Assembly (NCBI GenBank): GCA_977017575.1
Contig: CDRNVI010000141.1
Span: 1 to 64,000, forward strand
Length of the DNA: 64,000 nucleotides
Source: Paramoeba atlantica
Lineage: Eukaryota; Protista; Discosea
Reading direction: 5' to 3'
The notes beneath the pieces are model-generated. The model worked only from the letters and a program-made list of their open reading frames with translations, was not told the origin of the DNA and did not search any database. The position numbers were made by a program, and so were the translations under genes. How positions within the stretch are numbered: the first letter of the stretch is position 1; each line of letters begins with the position of its first letter. This document shows positions 10,857 through 24,012 of this stretch, piece by piece.

Positions 10857-13800
10857 TCAAAAATCTTCCTCAATAAAGCTCCTCACCAGATTGCTCTCTT
10901 GGGACTGATGGAACCATCCTTGGATATCTTTAGTAATTATTACAGGGAGGATTAGAGCATTCTCAAGAGCAGTTTGGGTCGAAAACAAAACATGGGGGTT
11001 GTCACCATGTTTCCTTGGAATTTCCTTACAAAATTCCCTAGGGGAATGGAGAAAGTCCAATCATGGGTGAGAGGGGAATTGATCCAGTTCCACAGGGTTG
11101 AATTCAAAATAATCCACTCTTCACTGGTTTCTGCAACATGTTGTGATCTTGGATCCCAATGATGGTCATTCACAGCACATGTTCCATCCTCTTTGGACCA
11201 ACTTGCAGCAGTTGCAATTGCATCAGCTCACTTGTTAAGTTCTCAGGGTACATGGATGAATTCTATCTCATCAAAGCACATTGCTAACTTATGGATTTCA
11301 CAAAGTAGTTTGTTCAAGGCATAGTTTTTGATGGTATGGGTTTTGGGTGCAGCCTTGATGAGAATCATACAATCCCCAACAACTTCAATCTCATTCATCA
11401 TTGATCTGGCACATTGCATTCCTTTCAGACAGCCTGTAAATTCACCAATATTGTTGGACCCAAGAGGGATGGTTTCAAACCCACCACATATCTTTTTCCC
11501 TTCCCTGAAAACTGCAAAGCCCACACCCCCCAGATGAGGGTCTGTACAACTTGAACTGTCATAAAACACTTGAAAGCCTTTAAATTTAAAACTTTCCTTC
11601 TCTTTGGTTCCTTTCTTTGTTTGAGTTCTTGGGGGTCAAGGGAGGATTTTATTCTTTCTCAGGATTTTTTCGAAAATTTCAATAGCATACTGGGGTGATT
11701 TCGATCCTTTCACACACACTGTGAGCCACAAACTCAACAGGGCAACACTCACCACAGAGGTTTCTTGTCTGGTGAGAAAATTTGAGATAAGGCCACACAC
11801 ATTCTTAGTTTCTTGCCAGCTGGGTACATTCAACAAAATACATTTCCTTCCCATTGCTTGGAGGAGGCCCTCAGCCACAGAACATTCCTCCAAAAGATGA
11901 ATATGTGACTCCTTTTCTCAGTGGCAGAGTCAGCAACTTGAGTTTTGGTTTGTGAAGTAAGCCAACTTGTCTCTTGTAGGCAGCCCTCTTATTAGGAACT
12001 TAATCAAATTCCTCTTAAGTTGGGGTTTAATTGCATGTGTCAAGTTGTACACCACACACTCAGCTCTTCCTTCACCCACATACAGATCCTTGATTTCAAT
12101 GGGGATCACTTGAGACATATTGGAATAAGCAACTCGAGTGGTCTGACCAAACACAACTTTGGCAGAAAGGCTTTGGGCTGCAAAAAGGGCATCCTTTCGC
12201 ATGGCTCCAATGGAAAGAGGACTCTGATAATCACTCCTCATTGGTGGACAAGAAGTGAGGAGGGCTCAGTTAAAAACAATTGAATGGCACAGTTGGGGGT
12301 TTGAGTCCAAGGAAGGATAGCATAAGGTAAGAATGGAGGTTTTTGTGTTGGCATAGGCACCCAGAGCTGAGTGGATGGATTTCCACATCAAGGAGGCAAC
12401 AGATTTTGGAATCAGTTTGAATCTCACTAAATATCCCATGCATGGAGTTAGATAGGTATTGACCATCCTTATTCTTGAGCGAAAATTGCCACCCCTTTTT
12501 TTGATTGCTGCTCCAACTTTCTTCATCTTTAAGATCACTTTCTCCCAATCCTTAAGAGGAAATAACCATTTACTCAACCTCACTCCCAGATATACAGTTT
12601 CATCACCACAGTAATTGGATCTTGCCATCTCAGCCCAGGGGCCTACAGGTTTGAAAGACTCAGTTGAGAGGACAAAGCACTTATTAAAGTTCAGTTTAGC
12701 TCCAGTTGCTTCTTCATATTTCTTGAAGGTTGGAGTGAGAGAATTGATGGTTTCAGCTTTTTGAATCACCATCCCCAAGTCATCCATAAAGCCTGATAGG
12801 TTTTGGGGGTTGTATTCCTTCTTCAAGCTCACCAGGAGGATGTCAAACACAATTACAAACAAAAGGGGGGAGATCAGGCATCCTTTTTTTTTTTTTTTGA
12901 GGCAGACTTTATTCAATTAGTAGTTCTTAATCTAAGCCATTTGAATTACATTAAATTATGTTTGTTTTTAACCTCTAACGAGAGGTGAAGTTTTAAACTT
13001 CAGCTTAGTTCAGTTGGTCTTTATGCTGAACTTTAGAACTTCTGCAAGTTCAGGCTGGAGGATGCACATCAGAAGGGAGAATAATCCAAAGCTCCTTCCA
13101 AGGGAATTTATCCTCAACTTTTTAGCAGACAGGGCTGAGATGTAACCTGTTCTGATTTTCACACTTCTTCAAGAGCTCCTCACTTCAATCAAATCACTCT
13201 ACAGCACCAGAAAAATTTTCTATAATATCAAAAAACTGGGATTTGAACTCGCCCCTCCAGGGTTGGACATAGTCGAATTTACAACTAAACTATGGGCACC
13301 AACCCTTGAGATCAGGCATCCTTGTCTAACATCAGTTTGACTTTGGATTGATTCATTGTTGCCTCCCCTCTTGGATCCACCAATATTCAGCAGCCAGGTT
13401 ACAGATTCTCAAAGCACCTTCTCAACAATATAGATCGCTTGAGGGGGGTGTTCAAACCTTTGAGAATATGAAGAAGTGCATCACGATTCACATAATCATA
13501 TGTCTTGCAAAAGTCTGTTTGGAGGAGGGTTACATCTTTCCCTTCTGCCAGAGCTTTGTAAAAAGAGTCATACACTGATTCCACTGCTTCATCAATTGAC
13601 CTCCCCTTAAACATCACATGCTGTTCTTTAGAAATTACTCCACTTGCAATCTCCATCAGCCATTTTGCCCAATATCTCATCACAATCTGATAATCTGAAT
13701 TGGTAACACTGATTGGTCAAAATTGGTCAGGATGGGGGATATTCTCGACTTTGGGAATCAAACAGAGTTGGCTCTCACCAAAAGAGGGGGGGAACTCCAT

Positions 13801-15241
13801 AATCTCACCCACTTGTTGAATTAATTCCACTGCACATGTTAAAATACTTTTCTTGTGTTGCCTGATATAAAGAGAAAGAGATACCATTGGGTCCTGCACT
13901 GGTGTTATTGGTTCTTTGAAGAAGTTTATCAACTTTCTTCCTATCAACATCATGTCTCTCAACTGGGGGAAAGTGAGGATGATGGTTAGCAATCAGTTCG
14001 TTGAGAGAATCCTTGTTATATGGTCTTTCTGTACTGAGAAGGCTCTCCCAAAAGTCCTTAATTGCTTTTTTAACCACATTATCATCACAAGAGATCACTC
14101 CATCTACAATTACACCTTTAACACAGGGAGAAGATTTATAACCAGGGCATGAGGGGTGTTCATCCACAAAAATTCCGAGTTGTTGTTCAAGAACTGCAGT
14201 TCAATCTATCCCAGCTTTGATCATTCTAGGAATAGCTTTGATTCTCCATTTCTTGTCATCTCGAGAGCCATTCCATCCTATCGCAGCTGTATGAAGGAGT
14301 TTGAGTTCCAACAAAGAGAAAGAGTGTATGGCTGAAGTTTTCCTTAAAATCCTGGTCTTTGCAAGGTGTTTGATGATTGTCTGGAGTTTCCATAGTTCTT
14401 TGAAAAGGTGAGCTTTTTTCCCTTTGTCTTTCCACAGAGGAACTAATTCCCATGCCTTCTCCTTGAGTTTAATAAGACAACTGACAGAATCACCTTCCAC
14501 ATAGTCCCCAACTTCATTAATAAGGGCATTAATAAATTTAGGATCTTTAATGAGGTATTCAGGAATTCTCTTCTTGTTAGATTTCAACTCCCATTCTTTG
14601 ATACTAGTTCCACCTATGATCATCACATGGTCCTTAAAGCTTGAAGGGATCACATTAACAAAAATCCTTTTGCTAGGAGCATTCAAGGGAATAAAAACAT
14701 GATCAATACATTGTCCTTGGAAATGGGTTGGTTCTGACCACCCCAGTCTTGATAGATTCCAAGATTCAGAGGATTCTGCGAGCTCTTTAAAAGGGGGTTC
14801 ATTAAGATCCCAGTTGAAGTCACCTTCCAGAATGTTCAGTCCATCTTTGGAGAAGAACTTTTCAATTTGGTCTTGCATAAAGGGAAGTTTCAGATTGCAA
14901 TGATGGTAGACATTCATCACAGCATATTCAGTATTGAAAATCTTGATTCTCAGTCCAAACAAACCACTCTTAGAGCTTTCAATTGGGTATGGTTCTATAT
15001 CATGAAGGCCTTCCATTCTTCTAACTCTAATGGCAAGGCCCCACTTCCGTTCTGAGAAGGGGTCTTTGAACCACAAATATTTCCTCAAACAATTCTTGAG
15101 ATGATCAAAATCTTTTTCAGATGTGGCATGGGTTTCTTGAAGCAAAATAAACAGAGGATGGCAACTTGCAGCCATTCTATGGCAAAGGTTGAGTTTTTCA
15201 TCATTATGAACACCATTGATGTTTCATGATAAAATCCTCAT
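10857..15241 (-). pseudogene. LINE B ORF2: APE endonuclease - RT - CCHC zinc finger - RNase H, disrupted
   Basis: MRILS*NING..LLQETH (APE); PKVENIPHPDQF, QTDFCKTYD and FMDDL (RT); C*LCH*EKESHIHLLEEC near 11880-11930; FYDSSS..SNNIGEF..VVGDC (11243-11569). Confidence 0.92.
12885..13307 (-). mobile_element. SINE D, full length, inserted in the LINE B RT
   Basis: A box TAGTTTAGTTG and B box GAGTTCAAATCC on the minus strand. TSD GAGATCAGGCATCCT at 12870-12884 and 13308-13322. Confidence 0.94.
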
Positions 15242-15554
15242 GTTTGGGAATTTGTTATACTGATACAGGTTTGGAAGTGGTGGTGCAGGGAAGGGAGGAA
15301 GGAAGGAAAGAAGATGAAGAGAGTTGGAACACCAAGACAGGTGCTTGAGGGGTTGGGGAGGTAAGGTTTGTTTTTTAATGAAGATCAATAACAGAAGAGT
15401 CAGAGGAAGCCTTCAGTGGTGGAAAGAAAGATTTTAAATTATTGTTGTTTTTCTTTCCTTTCATTCTTTCCTTTATGAGGGGGGAAGAAGAGGAGGATAA
15501 AACATTGCTTGACTCAGGGAATCGAGCACTATCCATCATCAACATTGTCTCACC

Positions 15555-17528
15555 TCATTCTATTTGATGCAAATCTCCAAGAACCGTGAAACCATTTGAG
15601 GTAGGGATCTCTGAAAAAGGATAAATCACTTTTTTCTTCCTGGGGACACCAGTGGGGACACTCTTATTATGGTCATTTTCCTTTGTTTTTTCCTCTTCAT
15701 CTTTCTCTTCTTCTATCTCCTCTTTCCCTTTCTTCTCTTCCCTACTTTTCTTTTTCTTCTTCTTCACTGGCTTCTTGGTTACAGGTAATGGTTTGGTTCC
15801 AGTAGAAGTTGGTTTCTTCTCCTCAACTGTCTCTTCCGACACTACCTTCTTCCTCAGTCTGGATTTTGGCTTTAATTTCAGTTCCTCAACCACCCTATCA
15901 ATAATGTAGCCAAGGAAGTCTGCATCAAAACTCGATTCCCATTTAAGCTGTCCTTTTTCCAACTCACTCTTCAACTTCCCAAGGCTATCTTCAGTCCTCT
16001 CCCACTCACACTGGAAATTCACCCCATTTAATATTTTCCAAGCCCCTTCAGTGTTGTGGATAGTCATCGACCATTTGCTCCCAGAAATTGGATCAGATGA
16101 GAATCAAGGTCTGTTCATATCTGGGGAAATTTTGTCCTCATCCTCAATTAAAATAACCCCTCTCTTAGCATCAGTTTCAGCAACAATGTCTTCAAGGAAA
16201 TCCATCATATCTTTTTGAGGGATTGTTGGGGTTTCTAACATACTGCTCAAGTGAGATGATGTGGCCAGAGTTTGGGAGGGCAATTCCTTATGAGGCTTAG
16301 TAGTTTTGAGCAAAGATTTGGGTTGGTTACTTCTTGAAGGGGCTGATTTTTCCTTGGAGGAACCTTCTCGAAGAGTGGTTTCCCTCATGTTTGTGCTTTG
16401 ATCAACCTCCATCGGGGTTGTAGATGAGAGACGAGGGTCAGCAGACTTCATTGAGGGTAGTGTCCTCTAATTGGGATTTGGTAATATTGGAAATTGGGAC
16501 AGAGAGAGATTCGTACCTTAGTTCCCTTGATTTGTTGAGGACTCTGTAGGAATAATAAATCTTTTATGTGACTGTTCCCTCAATTTCGTAATTGTCACAG
16601 GAAAGAAAGGAAATTTCCTCTGAGAGTCTATCTCATTATTTAACTTTTTGATGATTCCTCCCTCTCCCTCCTTGTCCACAATCTCCTTTGCACATTTTAA
16701 ATGTCTTGAGTGTGAAATCTCACACATTTAACAATTTACTTTCTTGTGAAAGAGACTCATAGGGGTTCACAGAGAGATCTTACCTTGGAACTCATTGTTA
16801 ATAATAAAAGAACCTCTGTGCTTGGCAATAATACATGTTAGAATAAGAGGGATTACATCATAGAAGATGACAATACAATCATCACTGATCTGAGCCACCT
16901 CTCTTAATCCATGGCAAGGAAGAGCAGATTCACCAATAAACAATCTTTGGATCCACTCTTTCCCTTTGATTAAAAAGGGGATACAGAGTTTAAAGCCCCA
17001 TAAATTCCAATTCTGGTTGTTCTTCCAGACAAAGGGCTTCCCAAAACCAGTTGCGAGGAAGGAACCATTTTCTAGAATGACTTTCTCCAGAGGTTCGCGT
17101 GTTTCTTCATCAAAGGTGGCCATATTGAGGTGGTCTTTCATAACATGCAAGAGGAAGTTCCCTCTCAGCTTAGGGACTTTGTTGAGTGTGGCCATCACTC
17201 TCTGATAGTTTGGCATTTCTTCATAGAAACAAAAGGAACCCATTACAAAGATGGGGCGAATTATTGCATTGTTCTTCACAGGGTTAACCTCAGTTCCAAT
17301 ATGGGACAAGGTCTTTGGTATTTCTTTCTCGACTTGCAACCACCATCCTTCCTCAGGCGCTCTCTTCAAGGTCAATTTGATTGGAATTTCTTCAGAATTC
17401 CCACTTGGATTTACGTTTTTTTGTTCGTTCTTTGAATACAAAGGGGAGTGGGACCCATTCTGGGAGCCCTTAGGGGAAGAGGATATACCCTTTCCACTGA
17501 ACATAACAGATTTCTCTGAAGTGCTCAA
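15555..17528 (-). pseudogene. LINE B ORF1 (fragmented)
   Basis: 253-aa ORF at 16767-17528 plus downstream pieces, upstream of the APE. Shares the WG(F/I)K...EW...Q(I/V)SDDCI(V/I)IFY block with LINE A ORF1. Confidence 0.75.
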
Positions 17529-17605
17529 CTAGGTGGGGTTTCACCAACATGGCAGGTGAAGGAAAGAAAATCAGATTGGGCAAGGAAAGTTTCCTTGAAC
17601 CAACC

Positions 17606-17653
<48 letters not shown>

Positions 17654-17655
<2 letters not shown>

Positions 17656-20556
17656 ATGCAGCTACATCCCATCTTCTCAAGATAACTTTTTGTACAAATA
17701 CAAGTTTCAAGGAGGTGGGTTCAAAATTCTTTTCCTTTCTTATATAATCAACAGATAGGAGGTTCCAAGGTAAAATGAGAGATCTTATCCATTGTAGGAA
17801 GATTATGAATCAAGAATTTGGTAAGATTTCATTGGAGTTAAGGTTTAAGAGTATGAGCTAAGTTGTAGACAATGCATTTGATCTTTCCACCCTCTTGGTA
17901 GATATTTTCAAGCACAATAGGTACTTGATGAGAAAGAGAACTATAGTTTGTTTTGGTTGGATCTCCTAGAATCACTTCTTTAGAGATTTTTGAGGCAACA
18001 AAATAAGCATCAAGTCTCATAGCTCCAATAGTCAAGGGATTCTTGTATTCACAACTTAAAGGTTTATGAGAAATAAGAAGAGCTCAATTGAAAAGAATGA
18101 AGTGGCGAACCTGACATTTACTACCCATAAGAGGATGGCAAGCAGTCAAAATGATGGTTTTTAAATTGGCATATGCTCCCAAGGCAGCTCAAATGAGTTT
18201 CCATACTATCACAGATATAAATTGGAGGATAAGCTTAAAGCAAGCTAAGTAGCCCATACAGGGAATTAAGTAGGTGTTAATTATCCTTACTTTCACTGCA
18301 AAAGGTCTTCCTTGATTTTTAATGGTTTTACTTACTCCTCACATCTTTTCACATACTTTAAGCCAATCCTTCTTTGATTCCATTTTACGGCTTATTCGCA
18401 CACCCAAATACATTGTCTCATCACTTCTAAAGTTGGTTTTGGTCATTGCAGACCAAGGGCCAAAAGGTTTGTACATTTGGGTTGTCAAAACAAAGCACTT
18501 TGAGTAATTCAAGAGAGCACCAGTTGTTCTCTCATACTTCTGGAAAGTGGGGGTCAAGAGGTTAATGGTATCAGCTTTTTTCAAGAGTAGTCCAAGGTTA
18601 TCCATGAAGCCAGAAAGCTTCTTGAGAGGGTGGTTCTTGTTGAGGCTCACCAGCAATAAATCAAAAACAATTAGGAAGAGAAGGGGAGAGATTGGACAGC
18701 CTTGTCAAACTCCAGTTCTACTGGTAATAGAGTCTGCAGGAGAGGAGCCAGGTTTTCCTCCAATTGAGGGTAACCAAGTTTTGGAGGGGTGGAGTACTTT
18801 CTCAATTACAAAAATGGCTTGGGGAGGGGCCTTCAACCTCTTCAAAATGTGAATCAGAGCATCACGGTTTACATAATCATAAGCCTTGCAAAAGTCAGTT
18901 TGTAGAAGAGTAATATCTTGTCCATCAGCCAAAGCTTCATAGAAGGCATTATAAATAGTTTCCACAACTGCATCAATTGATTTCCTCTTGAACATTGCAT
19001 GTTGAGTATCAGAGATTACTCCACTTGCAATTTCAGAAAACCAAAGAGCCTAATATTGCATTACAATTTGATAATCAGAGTTTGTTACACTTATAGGTCT
19101 GAACTGGTCAGGGTGAGGAATGTTCTCAATCTTGGGAATCAAACACAATTGACTCTCTCTAAAGGAGTCAGGGAATTTCATACTTTCTCCTGCTTGTTGG
19201 ATCAGTTCAACCCACATCTCTTGATATTTCTTATAAGTTTTCTGATAGAGGGAGAAGGAAATTCCATCAGGGCCTGCACTGATATTGTTGGCTTGAAGGA
19301 GTAGCTTCTCAACTTTCAGAAGGTCTACTGTATGATTTTCAGAGTCTGGGAAGCAGAAGGGGTGGTTGTCAAGAAGTTCATCAAAGGCTTTGAGATTATA
19401 AGGACGTTCAGTTCTCAAGAGATCACCCCAAAAGCCTTTAATAGCTTCTCTCACAGTAGATGAGTCATGAGACAAAATGCCATCAACAATCACTTCTTTC
19501 ACCTTGGGGGAGGACTTCTTGTTAGGATGAGCTGGGTGGTTGTCAAGGAAGACTCCAAGTTGTTGTTCAAGGCTTGATATCCAAGAGAGACCAACTTTAA
19601 TCATCTGAGATATAATTTTTAATCTCCATTTCCACCCTTTCAGAGGGTTATCCCAATTCTCAGCAGCTGCTTCTCTCAGTTCAGCTTCTAGGGAGGTGAA
19701 GGGGTGGGCTGGGCTATCCTTTCTAAGGATTCAGGTTGTTCTCAGCTTCTTAACTAAAGTCTGCAGTTTCCAAAGTTTCTTGAAGAGATGAGCTTCCTTG
19801 TGCTTGTCCTTCCACAGAGCAGTCAATCTCCAGGCTTCAGATTTCATTTTATCAAGACAGATCACAGGGTCACCCACAGAGTAGTTTCCAACAGCTTCAG
19901 AGAGAGCAGAGATAAATTTGGGGTTATTAATTAGATATTCAGGAATCCTCTTCTTCTGTGAGTTGATTTTCCACTCTTTTACACTGGCTCCTCCAATCAT
20001 TACAGCATGATCTTTGAATCCAAATGGGATTGCATTCACAAACAAATGGTCTTCAGGAGCCTCAGAGGGAAGGAAGATGTGGTCAATGCATCAGCCCTGA
20101 AAATGGGTAGGTTCTGACCAGTTGAGGCGAGACAGATTCAAATCAGAGAGGTGTTCAATTAATTTCTGGCAATTGGTTTTGTTCAAGTCCCAATTGAAAT
20201 CCTCAGCCAGAATATTTTTGCTCTGGGGGGAGGGCTGAGAATTCCTGATTTTGGATGAACACTTTTAAACCAAACAATCCACCTTCATTTTGCTCAAAAC
20301 AGAAAGGAGAGGGATCTCTCAATTCTTCCACACATCTAATTCCAATTGCAAGGCCATGTTTCCTCTTGGAGAAGGAGTTATGAAACCAAATGTACTTCCT
20401 CAAGTGGTTCTTAAGATGATCAAGATCATTTTCAGATGTTGCATGGGTTTCCTGGAGGAAGATGAATAGGGGCCAGGAGCTAGCTGCCATTCTCTTGCAG
20501 ATTTCAAGTTTTTCTTCATTTTGCAGCCCATTTATATTCCAGGAGAGAACTCTCAA
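17654..20556 (-). pseudogene. LINE A copy 1 ORF2, APE and RT part
   Basis: MRVLSWNINGLQ..FLQETH, PKIENIPHPDQFRPIS, QTDFCKAYD, FMDNL. Confidence 0.92.
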
Positions 20557-20940
20557 GTTGGGGAACTGAGAAAAATGCTGAATTTGGGGTAAATCAGGGG
20601 GATTGGGTTCCAGAGCAGGGATTTGAGAATCACAGGGAAGGGGGAGTTGAGGGGGGTGGGGGAAGTGGGGAGTTGAGAGATTAATTGGGATTTGTTGACA
20701 ATCGTCAAAGGAGAGGGTTGAAGTTGGACATCAGATCTCAGGGGGGGGAGTTGAAGGAGTATTCTTTTTTTCTTTTTTTTTTCTTTTGTTCACCATCTTT
20801 TGCTCTATCTTCTGGTATTTTTTTTCCTTTTTTTAATTAACTTCTGACTTAGAACTTTTTTTTGACTTTTTTTTCTTTTTTTTCTGTTTTTTCTTTTTTT
20901 TTTTTTTTCTTTTTTCTTTAAACTTTTCTTCTTTTTCCTT

Positions 20941-22894
20941 TTAAACAATAGAGAGGCTTCCCTGAGGGTCATCTGGGGACAATTTTGGGCTTCCATCAAG
21001 GCCAGCATCCCAAGAACAAGAGGGAAAGAGGAAATCAGCAATTTTTTGGTCATTGCCAGAATGAGAACTGAATGAAAAAGTTGAAAATTCATGTTCATCT
21101 AAATTACTAAAAGAGGTAGTGTTTTTCTGGTTTTGCAAGCTGGTGATGTTCTTTTTCTGGGTCACTATTTTGGCTTGTGATCCAAGAACTCCATCAAAGA
21201 CACCTTTGGAAGGGGGGACACTCTGAACACCAGTGGAGGAAGAAGGGGGAGGGACACCAATAGAGGAAGAAGGGGGAGGGATACCAGTGGAGGAAGAAGG
21301 GAAAAGGACACCTCTAGAGTTTTGCACCCCATCACTTTTTTCTTTCCCCATGAGAATGGTTTTGGAAATTGCATTTGATTTTTTGGTCTTCACCATTTTG
21401 TCTGTGTTGTCTTTCAATTTCTTTTTGCTTTGCCTCACTTTCTTCTTATCTTTCTCAATTATTTTCCATTTTTTCAACTGATAATTGTCTCAGTCTTTTC
21501 CTGAATTTGGCCATGTTTGAAACAATAAATTTAACTGTTTCAATCAAAACTTGTCAAAGTTTTTCATTCAGTAATTTATATTTCCCATTTTCGAGGTTTG
21601 TAACCATTTTTTTAAGTTCTTTTGATTCCTGCTTCCACCCAAATTTGGTTGGGAGATCCCCCAGCCATGCCCAGGCTTCCTTACTCATACCAAAACTCAT
21701 TTCTTCAATCTTTCCTCCTTCCAAGGGGACTTTCACTGTGACTGACCCATCCTTCTTCCCCTCTTCCTCACTTTCTTTCTCACTGTCAGCCTCTCTCCCT
21801 CTGATCATAATTATATCTCTGTCTCCATCTTCTTCCCTTTTTTCCTGTTCATTCACTTCCCTCTTTCCTTGTTCGTTCTTACCTTCCATTTCAGAGCCAT
21901 TGCTCATTCCTTCCTCCTCACTCTCTGTTCCAGCAATTTCATCTTTTTCCTTGAGGACCCGTTCTTCAGTTGGCATTTCTTTTTCATAAATAAATTTCAT
22001 TCCTTCATACTTCTTTGTGTTTGTGATCATGATTTGGTCTTTCTCAAGACTAGGGCTTTATTGCTCATCTTTGAAAAGCTTGCTAATAGCATCTTCTCCT
22101 TGTTTCCGAATGATCTCTACTGTGCAAGTAAGGCTTGCAGGATGGTTCACCCCACATAGGGGGTACTCAACAAGGAGGTGGTATGGTTTGGTAGGCATTC
22201 AAATGAAACACTTGGCTTTAATCAAGGTGTTGATTTGGATGAATCCTTTGGTCTTGGCAATAAGGTGGACTAGAGAGAGGAGGATGGACTTATAGAAGAT
22301 GATGATGCAGTCATCAGAGACTTATACCATTTCTTTAAAATTGAGAGAGGGAAGGTGGTCCTCTCTATTAAATAAATTGTAAATCCACTCATTCTCTGAG
22401 ACTTGGTAAGGGAGTTTGATCTTGATCCCCCACAAATGGGCATTATGATTGATTCTCCAAATACAAGAACTCTCAAGTTGGTTGATGATCAGGTTTCCTT
22501 TCTCTTCAATAATAGATTGAATCATGAAGACATCCTCCTCTTTGTGGGCAAGGATAGCATAGTGTTTGGCCCTTGCCTCCACTCTAATACTTCCCTTGAG
22601 GTTGGTTTGGCTTTCAATAGCTTTCAGGAAGTTGGGGAAGATAGAGATCTCATTGGAGAAGGCAAAAGTTCCTACTAGGAAGAGGGGGCATACTTTGGCT
22701 CCTTTGATGAGAGACAGGTTGAGTTTGGTAGCAAGGCAAGTGGACAGGGAAGCATTCTTAATATCAATCATCTCCCAAAGCTTGGCAATTGTTTGGTTCA
22801 TACCTGGGACTGCTTTTTTCAGAAATAATGGTGCTGAATTAGCATTTCCTCCAGCAACTCTGCTGAAGGACAGGTTAAAGCTTTTGGAGGACAT
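20941..22894 (-). pseudogene. LINE A copy 1 ORF1
   Basis: 190-aa ORF starting MSSKSF, then E/K-rich and S/P-rich segments; repeated in other copies at 1597, 24011 and 24947-26119. Confidence 0.8.
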
Positions 22895-23032
22895 AATTGG
22901 ATAGAGTAAGTTGAGAGCTATCAGCAGATATGCTCAGCTCCCTGTGGGGTGGTCTTCTACCACAGCAAATTTGAGAAAGGGAAGATAACAGCAAAAAAGA
23001 ACCCTCAAATGATTCCTAAGGGTTTTTTTTTT

Positions 23033-24012
23033 AAGTCTACTATATGATTTTCAGAGTCTTTATATCAATCATCTCCCAAAGCTTAGCAATTGTTTGGTTC
23101 ATATGTTGGAGTGAGACCTGCTTCCAACACAGAAGTTGTGCCTTTCAGTGCCTTTTCAGTGCCTTTAGAACCTTCCCTGAGCTTCCCCAGGCTTCCTTGA
23201 GCCTCCTTGAGCCTTCCCTGAGCTTCCTTGATGCCTTTTATTATGAGTTTTAGTCCTTTCAGAGAGCTCTGAGCCTCACAGACAGCCATGTGCCATTTTA
23301 TTATAATTTTAGCTAAAATCATAAGATTTTTTGTGCTCTTTTTATTCAATTTTCATGTTTGTGTTTTGCCCCCTTTTTCTTGCTGCTTTGCTGCTTTCTG
23401 CCTTCTTTCTGCTTTCTTGTCACTTTCTCTCTTTCTTTCTGCTTTCCTTTGTGATTTTTTGGCTTGCTTTGCTTGCTTTCTGTTTTCTTCTTTTGTTGTT
23501 ATCATATTTTGTTGCTTTCTTCCTTCTTTGGTTGCTGTGTTGACTTGGGATTCTGATTTAAGTTGAGTTTCAGCAATTCTGTGCTTTTCTCAGTTGTGAT
23601 TCCTTTTGTTGTTCTTCTTTTTGCTTTTCTGTTTCTTTGTTGTTGTTTTCTTGTTCTATTAGTGTTGGCTGGGGATCCTTCTTATAAAGGTTTTAATTCA
23701 AAGTTTCTGTTTCTCTTTCTTTTCTCTTGTTTTCTCTGTTGATTCTGCTCCCCTCCTCACATCTATCCTCACACATACCTGGAACTGTTTTTTTCAGGAA
23801 TAATGGTGTTGAATTAGTGTTTCCTCCAGCAACTCTGCTGAAGGACAAGTTAGAGCTTTTGGAGGACATAATTGGATGGAGTAAGTTGAGAGCTATCAGC
23901 AGATATGCTCAACTTCCTGTGGGGTGGTTTTCTACCACAGCAAACTTGAGAAAGGGAAGATAATAGCAAAAAAGAACCCTCAGATAACTTCTAAGGGTTT
24001 TTTTTTTTTTTT
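23033..24012 (-). mobile_element. Additional LINE A 5' fragment interrupted by a solo LTR
   Basis: ORF1 and 5' UTR sequence matches 22765-23032; GGTTCATA|CCTGG continuity across the LTR. Confidence 0.8.
23104..23773 (+). mobile_element. Solo LTR, family G (670 bp)
   Basis: TGTTGG...CTCACA ends with 4-bp TSD CATA (23100-23103, 23774-23777); homologous to 690-1475. Confidence 0.85.

Larger units (their letters stand above)
10594..17653 (-). mobile_element. LINE B, full-length copy nested in LINE A
   Basis: T12 tail at 10594-10605. TSD TGATGCAG(T/C)TACATC at 10579-10593 and 17654-17668. Contains ORF1 and ORF2. Confidence 0.93.
8920..23032 (-). mobile_element. LINE A copy 1, near full length (~6.6 kb net), split by a nested LINE B and a SINE D
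   Basis: T tract (poly-A tail) at 8920-8928. ORF1 22894 to ~20940; ORF2 20556 to 17654, resuming at 10593-10404 and 9977-9068. The reading context is continuous across both insertions. Confidence 0.93.

Noticed and set aside
6054-15241. UGA=Trp genetic code (TGA at the conserved APE Trp in families B and F, and at KDWE and FNWAL)
   Set aside because: The same elements also show TGG>TAG at conserved Trp (for example near 6230 and 7910), and sister copies have TGG, so this is ordinary G>A decay.
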